In this document: piece after piece, positions 1-14,038 of the stretch
How the letters are laid out: every line of letters begins with the position of its first letter
Position numbering within the stretch: position 1 is the stretch's first letter
NCBI GenBank assembly: GCA_945872365.1
Contig: CAMBZJ010000003.1
Span: forward strand, 7,301 to 71,300
Direction: 5' to 3'
DNA: 64,000 nucleotides
Source: Klebsiella pneumoniae
GTDB taxonomy: Bacteria; Desulfobacterota; Binatia; UBA12015
The notes under the pieces: generated by a model
Seen by the model: only the letters and a program-made list of their open reading frames with translations
Told to the model about the DNA's origin: nothing
Database searches by the model: none
Position numbers and translations under genes: made by a program

Positions 1-5
1 GCACC

Positions 6-1010
6 ATGCCGATCGACTCGAAGCGCGCGCGCTGGGCGACGCGGACCGACCCCAAGTGGTGGCTCTTCCACGTCGAGCCGGAGAAGCTTCCCGAGTTGGT
101 CGCGCCCGGCGAGACGATCGGGCGCATCACCGCGCAAGCCGCCGCCGAGACCGGAATCCCCGCCGGCCTGCCGCTGGTCGCCGCCTCGAACGACAAGGCC
201 TGCGAAATCCTCGGCGCCGGCTGCCTCGTGCCGGAGACGGCCTGCATCAGCTTCGGGACGACCGCGACGATCAACACCCACAATCACCGCTACGTCGAGG
301 TGCAGCGGCTCATGCCGCCCTACCCCTCGGCCGTCCCCGGGCACTTCTACTCGGAGATCGGCATCCTGCGCGGGCTCTGGATGGTCTCCTGGTTCAAGGA
401 GGAGTTCGGGCACCCCGAGCGGCTGCGTGCGGCCGAGGAGAACGTGGCGCCGGAGACGCTCTTCGACGATCTCCTGCGCCGCGTGCCACCGGGTGCGATG
501 GGACTCGTGCTGCAGCCCTACTGGACGCCCGGGCCCGACCTCGCGTCCTACGCCAAGGGTTCGATCATCGGCTTCGGCGACATCCACACCCGGGCGCACC
601 TCTACCGCGCGATCATCGAGGGGCTCGTGTTCGCCCTGAAGGAAGGTGCGGAACTCACCGAGAAGCGGAACCGGGTGCCGATCCAACGCATCCGGGTCGC
701 CGGCGGCGGCTCGCAGAGCGACGGCATCGTGCAGATCACGGCCGACGTCTTCGGACTCCCCGTCGAGCGACCCCACACCCACGAGACCTCGGTCGTCGGT
801 GCGGCGATCGACGCGGCGGTGGGACTCGGACTGCATCCCGACTTCGAGCGGGCCGTCGCCGAGATGACCCGCGTGAGCCGGGTCTTCGAACCGGATGCGG
901 CCCATGCGGCGATCTACCGCGATCTCTACGGGCGCGTGTATCGCAAGATGTACGACCGCCTGCTGCCCCTGTTCCGCGAGATCCGGGAGATCACCGGCTA
1001 TCCCGAGTGA
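6..1010 (+). CDS. FGGY-family carbohydrate kinase (C-terminal part; the 5' end lies outside the window)
   Basis: The ORF runs to the left window edge. Its translation carries the FGGY C-terminal domain signature (conserved GGG/GA motifs such as ...VAGGGSQSDGIVQITADVFGLPVERP...). The N-terminus is missing. Confidence 0.75.
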   Translation: MPIDSKRARWATRTDPKWWLFHVEPEKLPELVAPGETIGRITAQAAAETGIPAGLPLVAASNDKACEILGAGCLVPETACISFGTTATINTHNHRYVEVQRLMPPYPSAVPGHFYSEIGILRGLWMVSWFKEEFGHPERLRAAEENVAPETLFDDLLRRVPPGAMGLVLQPYWTPGPDLASYAKGSIIGFGDIHTRAHLYRAIIEGLVFALKEGAELTEKRNRVPIQRIRVAGGGSQSDGIVQITADVFGLPVERPHTHETSVVGAAIDAAVGLGLHPDFERAVAEMTRVSRVFEPDAAHAAIYRDLYGRVYRKMYDRLLPLFREIREITGYPE

Positions 1011-1065
1011 ATCCGTGGCGGTGCGCGGGCCGATGGCCGTCGCGAGCCCGGACGAGGAGGACGAC

Positions 1066-1860
1066 ATGAAGCGACCCTGGGCCCTGGTGACCGGTGCCTC
1101 CGACGGTATCGGCATCGAGTTCTGCAAGGACCTCGCCGCGCGCGGCCACGACCTGGTGCTGGTGGCGCGGCGCGAACCGCAGCTGAGGGAGACGGCCGCC
1201 CTGGTCGAGAAAGCCCACGGCGGCGCCACCCGGACGATCCCCTGCGACCTTTCGCTTCCGCGCGCGGCGGAAGGCCTCCACCGCAGCGTCGTCGAGGCCG
1301 GGATCGAGGTCGACTTCCTCGTGAACAACGCGGGCCTGCTGTGCAACGGCTACTTCGACGAGATCGACCTCGGCAGGCAGGAGGCGATGCTCGCCGTGAA
1401 CGTGGTGGCGCTCACCTCGCTCACCCATCTCTTCCTGCGCGACATGCTCGCGCGCGGACGGGGACACATCCTGAACGTCGCCTCGGCCGCGGCCTGGCTC
1501 GGGCTTCCCCAGCAGAACGTCTACGCAGCCTCGAAGGCCTACGTCGCGTCGTTCACGCTGGCGCTCGACGACGAGGTGCGCGCGAAGCGCCGCGGCGTCG
1601 GCGTGACCGTGCTCTGCCCGAGCTACACGCGCACGAAGATGCTCGACAACCCCGAGCAGGGCAGGAAGCTGCGGGTCCCCGAGGCGATGATCCTCGACCC
1701 CGGGGTCGTCGCCCGCGAGGGCATCGAGGGCTGCCTGCGCGGCAAGGCGATCGTCATGCCGGGGCTCTCCAACCGGGTCGGGATGTCGCTGCTGCAGGCC
1801 CTGCCGCGCACCCTCGTCACCCGGCTCGCGGGCACGCTCTACCGCCGGGGCCAGGCGTGA
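1066..1860 (+). CDS. short-chain dehydrogenase/reductase (SDR) family oxidoreductase
   Basis: There is an ATG at 1066 in the 895-1860 ORF frame. The N-terminus has the Rossmann motif TGASDGIG, and the product has the catalytic YxxxK (YAASK) and NNAG motif. The 5' part of the tracked ORF is out-of-gene shadow. Confidence 0.85.
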   Translation: MKRPWALVTGASDGIGIEFCKDLAARGHDLVLVARREPQLRETAALVEKAHGGATRTIPCDLSLPRAAEGLHRSVVEAGIEVDFLVNNAGLLCNGYFDEIDLGRQEAMLAVNVVALTSLTHLFLRDMLARGRGHILNVASAAAWLGLPQQNVYAASKAYVASFTLALDDEVRAKRRGVGVTVLCPSYTRTKMLDNPEQGRKLRVPEAMILDPGVVAREGIEGCLRGKAIVMPGLSNRVGMSLLQALPRTLVTRLAGTLYRRGQA

Positions 1861-2828
1861 GCCCCGGCGGCGGACCGGTCCTGATCACCGGCGCCGGCGG
1901 CTTCATCGGCGGGGCGCTCGCGCGCCACCTCGCCGGGCGCGGCGTCGAGGTCCTCGGCGTCGACCTGCGCGGCGACGGCGAGCGAGTGCGTGCCGCCGAC
2001 GTCGGCCGGCCCGCGGAGTTCGCTGACCTGCTCGGTCGCGCGCACACCGTCGTCCACGCCGCGGCCCTGGTGACCAACGCGCTCGACGACGACGAGATGT
2101 GGCGGGCGAACGTGCTCGCGACGCGCAACCTGGCCGCAGCGGCCGCCCGCCACGGCGTGCGCCGCTTCGTCCACGTCTCCTCGATCGTCGTCTACGGCAA
2201 TGTCGCCCGGGGCGAACTCGACGAGGAATACCCGGTGCATGCCCACGGCGGCAGCTACGTGCTCACCAAGCTCGCCGCCGAGCACGCGGTGCTCGCCGCG
2301 CATGCAGCCCACGGCCTGGAGTTCGCGATCGTGCGCCCCGGTGACGTCTACGGTCCGGGCAGCCGGCCCTGGGTGGTCGAGCCGATCGGACTCGTGAAGA
2401 ACCGCCAGTTCCTGCTGCCGGCCAACGGCGAGGGCTGCTTCCGCCCGATCTACGTCGACGATCTCGTGCGCGGCATCGCGGCCGCGGTGCTCTCGCCCGC
2501 GGCAGCCAACGGGATCTTCAACCTCTCCTGCGAGGGCTTCGTCACGACGCGCGAGTTCTTCGCCCACCACCACCGCTGGCTCGGTCGCTCGGGGCCGCTC
2601 TGCCTGCCGACGGCGGTCGCCTGGTCGCTCGCCGAGTCGACGTTCCGGGCGAAGCGCCTCGTCGGTCGCCGCAGCGAGGGCTCGGGCGCCTCGATCCTGC
2701 AGCTCACGAGCCGCGCCTGGTTCTCGATCCGCAAGGCGGGCGAACTCCTCGACTGGCGGCCGGAGATCGGCCTCGAGGACGGAATGCGCCGCTCCGAGAG
2801 CTGGGCGAGGGAGCAGGGACTGCTCTAG
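1857..2828 (+). CDS. NAD-dependent epimerase/dehydratase family protein
   Basis: A GTG at 1857 overlaps the SDR stop. The product starts ...LITGAGGFIGGALARHL (GxxGxxG Rossmann) and has a YxxxK (YVLTK) catalytic motif. The upstream ~170 aa of the tracked ORF overlaps the SDR in another frame and is not coding. Confidence 0.8.
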   Translation: MSPGGGPVLITGAGGFIGGALARHLAGRGVEVLGVDLRGDGERVRAADVGRPAEFADLLGRAHTVVHAAALVTNALDDDEMWRANVLATRNLAAAAARHGVRRFVHVSSIVVYGNVARGELDEEYPVHAHGGSYVLTKLAAEHAVLAAHAAHGLEFAIVRPGDVYGPGSRPWVVEPIGLVKNRQFLLPANGEGCFRPIYVDDLVRGIAAAVLSPAAANGIFNLSCEGFVTTREFFAHHHRWLGRSGPLCLPTAVAWSLAESTFRAKRLVGRRSEGSGASILQLTSRAWFSIRKAGELLDWRPEIGLEDGMRRSESWAREQGLL

Positions 2829-2960
2829 CGGGCCGCCTGCCGGCGCGTGCGGGAAGGCCCCGCGCGAAACGTGTCTGCCCCCGACCCCGACGGCAGCGAG
2901 GGAGGCCCGCCGCCCGGCCCGCGCTCCCCGCGGGAAAAGCCTTGACGCCGCCCGGCGGCA

Positions 2961-2981
2961 CATGACAGCAAGACTGTCATG
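2961..2981. promoter_or_regulatory. perfect inverted repeat CATGACAG-N5-CTGTCATG overlapping the start codon of the lipoprotein gene; a -35-like TTGACG lies at 2943-2948
   Basis: Read directly from the sequence: catgacagcaagactgtcatg. The ATG of the downstream ORF is the second CATG. This looks like an operator-type site. Confidence 0.3.
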
Positions 2982-3938
2982 ACAAAGACGAGAAGATCGC
3001 CCCGACGGCTCCCGCGATTCGTCGCGTTCTTCCTCCTCCTCCTCGGGTGCGGCGACGCCACGTCCGCGCTCGACACGCGCATCCAGAACCTCATGGGACG
3101 CGCCCCGTTCGGAGCGCTCAACTGGACCGAGGCGCGCCGCATCTTCACCACCTCGCCCGAAGAGGACAAGCCGTTCTTCATGGTGAACCTGATTCGCCAC
3201 CGCGAGCACGCGACCTACCGCGACGGTCGACCGACCGACCTGACCGGCGCGGAGGCCGATGCGCTCTACGGCTCGCTCGTACTCCCGATCCTCGCTGACA
3301 TCGGCGCCATGCCGGTCTTCGCCACCAGCGTGGACCGCGGTCTCATCGACGCCGACAGCGCCCGCTGGGACCAGGTGGCGGTCGTCCGCTACCCGAGCCG
3401 GGCCGCCTTCGTCGCCATGCTCGAGCGACCCGACTTCCGCGAGGCCGCCGTCCACAAGGTCGCCGGGATCGAGCGGTCGATCGTGCTGGTGACGGAGGTA
3501 GAGGAGATCCCGCTGCCCGACGGCTTCCGGAAGGTCGACCTCACGAAGGTCCCGTATCCTCCGGGCCTGGGCGACCCCACGGTCGCCGTGGTGAACGTCC
3601 TCGACTACCGCGACCACGCCGTCTACGCAGACGGACGCGAGACCGACCTGACGGGCCGCGAGGCGATGGGTCTCTACGAATCGGCCCGCGCGTCGCAGGC
3701 CCTCCCGCTCGGCGTGCGGCCAGGCCTCTGGCTCACGGTCGAGGCCGAGCTCTTCGGCGACGGGCAGGCTTGGGAAGAGGTGCGGATCAACAACTTCCCG
3801 AGCCGCACGACGCTCGAGAAGCTGATCACCAAGGAGGCGCTCGACGAGGTGGGCTACGACAATCGCGACGCCGGCATCGAGCGCACCTACGCCCTGACGG
3901 GCACGCCGCAGATCAACGCCTTCGGTTTCTCCCGGTGA
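2979..3938 (+). CDS. lipoprotein with two tandem DUF1330-like (dimeric alpha/beta barrel, Dabb-type) domains
   Basis: The N-terminus is a signal peptide with a lipobox (FFLLLLGCG). There are two ~140-aa internal repeats, each resembling DUF1330 (FMVNLIRHREHATYRDG... and NVLDYRDHAVYADG..., each followed by YG..L and a conserved E/P-rich segment). The ORF has coherent codon usage on the plus strand. Confidence 0.65.
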   Translation: MTKTRRSPRRLPRFVAFFLLLLGCGDATSALDTRIQNLMGRAPFGALNWTEARRIFTTSPEEDKPFFMVNLIRHREHATYRDGRPTDLTGAEADALYGSLVLPILADIGAMPVFATSVDRGLIDADSARWDQVAVVRYPSRAAFVAMLERPDFREAAVHKVAGIERSIVLVTEVEEIPLPDGFRKVDLTKVPYPPGLGDPTVAVVNVLDYRDHAVYADGRETDLTGREAMGLYESARASQALPLGVRPGLWLTVEAELFGDGQAWEEVRINNFPSRTTLEKLITKEALDEVGYDNRDAGIERTYALTGTPQINAFGFSR

Positions 3939-3981
3939 CCGGAAAACCGCGTCGTCGGCGCGGAGCGACGGGCTGCCCGGC

Positions 3982-5133
3982 ATGAGGACGAGGGCAGTCG
4001 GCATGAGCCCGGAGGCCGCGCGGCGGCTCGGTCTCTGGCGCCTGGTCGGTTCGGAGATGTCGATGTTCACCGCAAAGGTGCGCCCGGCGTTCTCGCGCAA
4101 GGGCCTGCACTGGGTGGAACAGCTCGCGACCGACCCGCTCTGGCAGGAAGCGGAGGAGCGCACCGGAAACCGCATGATCCCGGTGGTCTTCACGCCCGAG
4201 GGCGAATGCATCCAGGACTCGAGCGTGATTCTCGATCTGCTCGAGGAGCGCCACCCCGAGATCCCGATCGAGTCGCCCGACCCGGTCGTCAAACTGCTCG
4301 GGCGCCTCTTCGAGATCTACCACGACGAGTTCATGCCCATGCTCGCGATCTACTACCGGTGGATCGAGCCGCGGGCGATCGAGGAGGGCAAGGCACGCGC
4401 GATCGCCATGACCGGGCTGCCCGACATGGGCGAGCGCGGGCTCGCGACGGTCGGCGGCTATGCGCCCCTGTTCGGCATCGAGGCGGCGACGATCCCCGCA
4501 ATCGAGGCCCACTACCGCGATCTGCTCGACGCTCTCGAGGCGCATCTCGCGACGACCCCGTATGTACTCGGCGACGTGCCCTCGCTCGCCGACTTCTCGC
4601 TCTGCGGCGCCGGCCATGCGCACCTCTACCTCGACGAAGTACCGCACCGGATCATGTGGCAGCGTGCACCGTGCGTCACCCACTGGATGATGCGGGTGGT
4701 GAACGCAGACCCCTTCGCGAGCGGCGAGTGGCTCGACCCCACCTCCCCGCCCCCGGGCTTCGTCGACCTCCTGCGCACGGTCGGCCGCGCCGCCGGCGAG
4801 TACCTGGCCGACGTCGCACGCGCACTGGCGGAGCCGATGGCGGGTGTCGCGGTCGGCCGCGGGATGCCGCGCGCCCTCGGCGTGCACCGCACGCGGGTCT
4901 GTGGCGTGGCGACGAACCGGGTGACCACGCCCTACACCCTGTTCATGATCCAGCGCGTGCAGGACGTGCACCGATCCCTGGCCCCCGACGATCGCCGCCG
5001 GGCGGCGGCGCTGCTCGACGGGACCGGATGGGAGGCGCTGCTCGAGGTGCCGACACCGGGCCGCGTGGCCCTGGTGAAGCACAAGCTGGTCCGGGTCGAA
5101 TCGTCGCCCGGTGCGACCGGCGCGACCGCCTGA
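3982..5133 (+). CDS. glutathione S-transferase-like protein
   Basis: The product has a thioredoxin-like N-terminal domain ([27 protein letters not shown]) followed by an alpha-helical GST_C-like region. The start codon is uncertain; candidates are 3982, 4003 and 4057. Confidence 0.55.
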   Translation: MRTRAVGMSPEAARRLGLWRLVGSEMSMFTAKVRPAFSRKGLHWVEQLATDPLWQEAEERTGNRMIPVVFTPEGECIQDSSVILDLLEERHPEIPIESPDPVVKLLGRLFEIYHDEFMPMLAIYYRWIEPRAIEEGKARAIAMTGLPDMGERGLATVGGYAPLFGIEAATIPAIEAHYRDLLDALEAHLATTPYVLGDVPSLADFSLCGAGHAHLYLDEVPHRIMWQRAPCVTHWMMRVVNADPFASGEWLDPTSPPPGFVDLLRTVGRAAGEYLADVARALAEPMAGVAVGRGMPRALGVHRTRVCGVATNRVTTPYTLFMIQRVQDVHRSLAPDDRRRAAALLDGTGWEALLEVPTPGRVALVKHKLVRVESSPGATGATA

Positions 5134-5185
5134 GATCTGCCGCTCCCCTCGCACACCGGCCCGGCGTTCCGTTATCCTCGCGGGC

Positions 5186-6856
<1,671 letters not shown>

Positions 6857-6942
6857 CGGATGGCGAGCCGAGCCGGTCGGCCGCGCCGTCGGCGCGGGGA
6901 CCGGGTGGCACCTGCCGCCCGCGCTGAGGTATAAGGGCGCCG

Positions 6943-10279
<3,337 letters not shown>

Positions 10280-10308
10280 CCGGGCGGTCGGGAACGCCCT
10301 CGGGGACC

Positions 10309-10425
10309 GTGCATTTTTGTCGGCCGGAGGGTTTGTCCCCCGGCGACTTCGCTGATAGGGCTCGCCGAAGTCGAGCGGGCCGATCCCTCACACCGGAGCC
10401 CGCAGTAGAGCAACAGGAGCTTCGT
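10309..10425 (+). promoter_or_regulatory. long 5' leader of the cold-shock gene (UTR of the type typical for cspA-family mRNAs)
   Basis: There is about 145 nt of non-coding sequence between degP and the csp ATG, with an AGGAG 6 nt upstream of the ATG. The tracked ORF at 10309 is in a different frame from the csp CDS. I could not pin down the promoter. Confidence 0.35.
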
Positions 10426-10629
10426 ATGCCGACTGGACGGGTCAAGTGGTTCAACAATTCCAAGGGTTATGGCTTCATCGTGCAGGAGGATGGACCCGAA
10501 CTCTTCGTGCACTACTCCGCGGTCCAGGGCGACGGCTACAAGACCCTCGTCGAAGGTCAGGCCGTGCAGTTCGAGGTCACGGAGAGCGATAAGGGGCCGC
10601 AGGCGGCCAACGTCGTCAAAGTCGACTGA
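10426..10629 (+). CDS. cspA: cold-shock protein (CspA family, S1-like cold-shock domain)
   Basis: The product is [18 protein letters not shown]...VHYSAV, which carries the canonical RNP1 and RNP2 motifs. It is 67 aa and has a strong RBS. Confidence 0.9.
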   Translation: MPTGRVKWFNNSKGYGFIVQEDGPELFVHYSAVQGDGYKTLVEGQAVQFEVTESDKGPQAANVVKVD

Positions 10630-10753
10630 TCATCGCCTCGGCCGACGCGCCGCGCGTGGCGGCGCGAACCGCCCCGGAAAGCGCCAGGTCTTGCGAATCG
10701 ACGTCGCAGGGTGAGTCCTTGCCCCGGGGACCGCGGCGCGCCAGTCTCGAAAG

Positions 10754-11989
10754 GTGATGCCCATGCGCCGCGTTGAAGCGGCACTGTGGCACCGGGAGAC
10801 GACGTCCATGGCCGTGAAGTCCGTCGAGAACTTCCGCTCCGAGATCCGCGACTGGCTCGGTACCCACCTCTCGCCCGAACTCGCCCCCGAGCACCTCTCG
10901 ACGCTCGACGACGCGCGTCGCGTCGAACTGCTACGCCGCTGGCAGGCCGAGATGGCGGCGGATCGTTGGGTCGGAATCACTTGGCCGGAAGCCTGGGGCG
11001 GCCGTGCCGCGACGATCCCCCAGCAGATCGCCTACCTCGAGGAAATGAGCGACGCCGGCGCCCCGACGGCGATCGGCAGCCTCGGCATCGGCATCGCCGG
11101 GCCGCCGCTCATCGCCTACGGCAACGAGGAGCAGAAGCAGCGCTTCGCCCGCCGCATCCTCACCGCCGAGGATCTCTGGTGCTTCGGATTCTCCGAACCG
11201 GGGGCCGGCTCGGACCTCGCCTCGCTGCGCACGAGTGCCGTGCTCGACGGCGACAGCTTCGTCGTCAACGGGCAGAAGGTCTGGACAACGCTCGCCCACC
11301 ATGCCGACTGGTGCATGCTCCTTTGTCGCACCGATCCGACGCGACCGCGCGCCAAGGGCATCTCCTGCCTGCTCGTCGACATGCGCAGCCCAGGGGTTAC
11401 GGTGCGGCCGCTGCGCCAGATGACCGGCGACTCGGACTTCAACGAGATGTTCTTCGAGAACGTCCGGGTACCGCGCGAGAACCTGCTCGGCGAGATCAAC
11501 GGCGGCTGGGAGATCGCGACCTCGGCCCTGCAGAACGAGCGCGGCATCCTCTACGTGGTCGAAATGCAGATCCAGCTGAAGCAGGCGCGCGACCGTCTGA
11601 TCGCGCTTGCCCGGGAGCGCGGGGCTGCGTCCGACCCGCTGCGTCGACAGGAGGCGGCGCGCCTGTGGATGCATGCCGAGGTCTTCGGCCTGACCTGCCA
11701 GCGGACCCTCGACAAGCTGCTGCGGATGGGCATGCCCGGACCGGAGGCCTCGATCATCAAGATGCACTGGACCGAGATCACCCAGGCGATGCCCGAATTC
11801 GGGATGGGGCTGCTCGGCTGCGATGGCCTGCTCTACGAGACGCCGAGTCCGCCGTCCGGCCGCGCGGCGATCGAGCACGCGATGCAGCGCGCCTACCTGC
11901 AGTGCCGCGCCGCGAGCATCGCCTCGGGCACGAGCGAGATCATGAAGGGAATCATCGCGATGCAGGTACTGGGCCTGCCCCGCGGCTGA
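10754..11989 (+). CDS. acyl-CoA dehydrogenase family protein
   Basis: All three ACAD domains are present (GxxEPxAGSDxxSLRT motif FSEPGAGSDLASLRTSA, then a C-terminal helical domain). The true start may be the internal ATG near 10808 (MAVKS...). Confidence 0.8.
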   Translation: MMPMRRVEAALWHRETTSMAVKSVENFRSEIRDWLGTHLSPELAPEHLSTLDDARRVELLRRWQAEMAADRWVGITWPEAWGGRAATIPQQIAYLEEMSDAGAPTAIGSLGIGIAGPPLIAYGNEEQKQRFARRILTAEDLWCFGFSEPGAGSDLASLRTSAVLDGDSFVVNGQKVWTTLAHHADWCMLLCRTDPTRPRAKGISCLLVDMRSPGVTVRPLRQMTGDSDFNEMFFENVRVPRENLLGEINGGWEIATSALQNERGILYVVEMQIQLKQARDRLIALARERGAASDPLRRQEAARLWMHAEVFGLTCQRTLDKLLRMGMPGPEASIIKMHWTEITQAMPEFGMGLLGCDGLLYETPSPPSGRAAIEHAMQRAYLQCRAASIASGTSEIMKGIIAMQVLGLPRG

Positions 11990-12005
11990 GCCGACGGAGC
12001 CGGCC

Positions 12006-13034
12006 TTGTCGCCGAGACCCGCGACGCCCCGCTCCGTGCCCGGCGACGCCCCCCGCGGACGTCCGCCGAGGCCGCCGGGGCGCGGACTGGCCCGCCGGCT
12101 GGCGACTCTCCTGGTCGCCGGCAGCCTTCTCTTCGCCGCGGCGTGGGGCTGGCTGTTGCCGGCGCTCCTACGTCCCCGGATCGAGGCGGCGATCGCGGCG
12201 GTGGTCGGCGGTCCGGTCTCGATCGGTTCGCTCTCGGTCGGGCCGCGGGCCGACCTCTTCCTGCGCGATCTGCGCCTGGGCGCCGGCGGCCGCGGTCCCC
12301 GGATCGAGCGTCTCGACATCGACCCGGACCTGCGCCGGGTGCTGCGTGGGGAGATCGTTCTGAACCGCGTCGCGGCCCGCGGCGTCGAGGCCGGCATCGA
12401 GTCCGGCACCTATGGCGATCGGGTGATCGACGGCTTGCCTTCCGGCGACGAGTGGTCGCTGCCCAACGGCTTCGACGTGCGCGAGTTCCTGATACGCGAT
12501 GCGCGGATCGCGCTGCGGACTTCGGTGGGCGACGGGAAGCAGGACGTCGAGATCGATCGGCTCGTCGCCCGACAGGTTCCCACCCCCGCCACCGGGTCAC
12601 GGATCCTCGCGCGGGCGGAGGGCCGCTTCGAGGGTGTGCCGCTCACCGGGGAGGCGGCGATCGAGTCGGCCGGCGGCGAGCGCCGGGTCGCGGTCTCGCT
12701 CGCCGCCGAGCCGATCCGGTTCATCGCGGGCACCCCGGAGATCGAGCCCTCGGACCGGCGACGGCTCGAAGGGATCCGCGCCCTGCTCGCGGCCCGACCG
12801 GACCTCGGGGCGATCGTCCGCCCCCGGGCGAGCGCCTCGGCCCCGGCTGCACACCTTTCCGACGCGGACCCGCTCGCGCGACGGCGGATCGACGCGGTGC
12901 GGGCGGCTCTCGATGTTCCGCGGGTCGCTCGCCCGGATGGGGCCGGGGGTCGGCCGGAGGCCCCGCTGCGACGAAGCGAGGCGGGCGCGGCAAGCGTGCC
13001 CGCCGTCGATGTCGAACTCCGCTCGATCCCCTGA
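12006..13034 (+). CDS. hypothetical membrane-anchored protein, DUF748/AsmA-like
   Basis: The N-terminus has a TM helix (LATLLVAGSLLFAAAWGWLL) followed by an AsmA/DUF748-like segment (VSIGSLSVGP...LFLRDLRLG). It starts at TTG, so the call rests mainly on the lack of a better frame and on domain resemblance. Confidence 0.4.
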   Translation: MSPRPATPRSVPGDAPRGRPPRPPGRGLARRLATLLVAGSLLFAAAWGWLLPALLRPRIEAAIAAVVGGPVSIGSLSVGPRADLFLRDLRLGAGGRGPRIERLDIDPDLRRVLRGEIVLNRVAARGVEAGIESGTYGDRVIDGLPSGDEWSLPNGFDVREFLIRDARIALRTSVGDGKQDVEIDRLVARQVPTPATGSRILARAEGRFEGVPLTGEAAIESAGGERRVAVSLAAEPIRFIAGTPEIEPSDRRRLEGIRALLAARPDLGAIVRPRASASAPAAHLSDADPLARRRIDAVRAALDVPRVARPDGAGGRPEAPLRRSEAGAASVPAVDVELRSIP

Positions 13035-13069
13035 ACGTGCGGAGGGCGCCGCGACGGCGACACCCGCCG

Positions 13070-14038
13070 TCACCTGCCGCGGAGTTCGAGGGCCCGTCGA
13101 TAGACGTTACGCCGCGCGAGTCCGGTCTCGGCCGCGACGGCGCGGGCGGCATCGGAGACCGATTCCCCGGCTCCGAGGTGCCGCAGCAGTCGTTCGTCGA
13201 GGGTCGGTGCAACCGCATTCGCCGCGTCGACTCGCGCGGCGTCCATCCCGTTCGACGGCTCCCCGTCGTCGGACACACCCGCGACGGCGATCGCGATCTC
13301 GCCCTTCAGCGAAGCCTTCTCCGCGCGCTCGGCGAAGCGCCGCGTGAGTTCGGAAAGGTCGCCACGCACGATCTCCTCAAACTTCTTGGTGAGTTCGCGC
13401 CCCACGACGGCGGCACGCGGGCCCAGGATCGCGGCCAGGTCGGCGAGTGCTGCGACCAGCCGGCGCGGGGACTCGAAGAAGACGAGCGTGTCGGTCCGGC
13501 CGGCGAGTGCCGCGATCTCGCGGCGCCGCGCCGCGCTGCGCGGGGGCAGGAATCCGACGAACGAGAAGCGTACGGTCGGCAGGCCCGAACAGGCGAGCAG
13601 CGCGAGCGGGGCCGACGCACCGGGCAGCGAGACGACGGCAACACCGGCCTCCGACGCCGCGCGCACCAGGCGGAATCCGGGGTCGGCGACCAGGGGCGTC
13701 CCGGCATCGCTCACCAGGGCGATCGACTCTCCGGCCAGCAGACGCCGCACGAGTTCTGGTGCGCGGGAACTCTCTACCGCGTCGTAGTAGGAGACCAGTC
13801 GCTTGTGGAGGCCGAGGTGGTCAAGCAGCAGTCGCGTGCGCCGGGTATCCTCGGCTGCCACCAGGTCGACCTCGCCGAGGACGCGGACCGCCCGAAGCGT
13901 CACGTCCTCCAGGTTGCCGATCGGCGTGGCGACCACATAGAGCGTGCCGGCCCTCGCCTCGCCCGGATCCGCCACCTCAGGGTGCGCAGCCGACCGCGTG
14001 GACGTTGCCGACGATCGTGCCGACGTAGAGCCGACCAT
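13070..14038 (-). CDS. rsmI: 16S rRNA (cytidine1402-2'-O)-methyltransferase
   Basis: The product has the tetrapyrrole-methylase fold with RsmI motifs (LYVVATPIGNLEDVT, AEDTRRTRLLL, ALVSDAGTPLVADPG, FESPRR). The start is uncertain (ATG at 14038 or GTG near 13975); either choice overlaps the 3' end of the upstream propeller gene. Confidence 0.8.
   Translation of the reverse strand: MVGSTSARSSATSTRSAAHPEVADPGEARAGTLYVVATPIGNLEDVTLRAVRVLGEVDLVAAEDTRRTRLLLDHLGLHKRLVSYYDAVESSRAPELVRRLLAGESIALVSDAGTPLVADPGFRLVRAASEAGVAVVSLPGASAPLALLACSGLPTVRFSFVGFLPPRSAARRREIAALAGRTDTLVFFESPRRLVAALADLAAILGPRAAVVGRELTKKFEEIVRGDLSELTRRFAERAEKASLKGEIAIAVAGVSDDGEPSNGMDAARVDAANAVAPTLDERLLRHLGAGESVSDAARAVAAETGLARRNVYRRALELRGR

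Noticed and set aside
1839-4292. 817-aa minus-strand ORF spanning the epimerase, lipoprotein and GST region
   Set aside because: It is antisense to three plus-strand genes with clear domain content. It has Arg/Gly/Ala-rich low-complexity translation typical of wrong-frame ORFs in high-GC DNA and no recognisable motifs.
10931-12409. 492-aa minus ORF opposite the acyl-CoA dehydrogenase and DUF748 genes
   Set aside because: It is antisense shadow, with no domains and Arg/Pro-rich composition.
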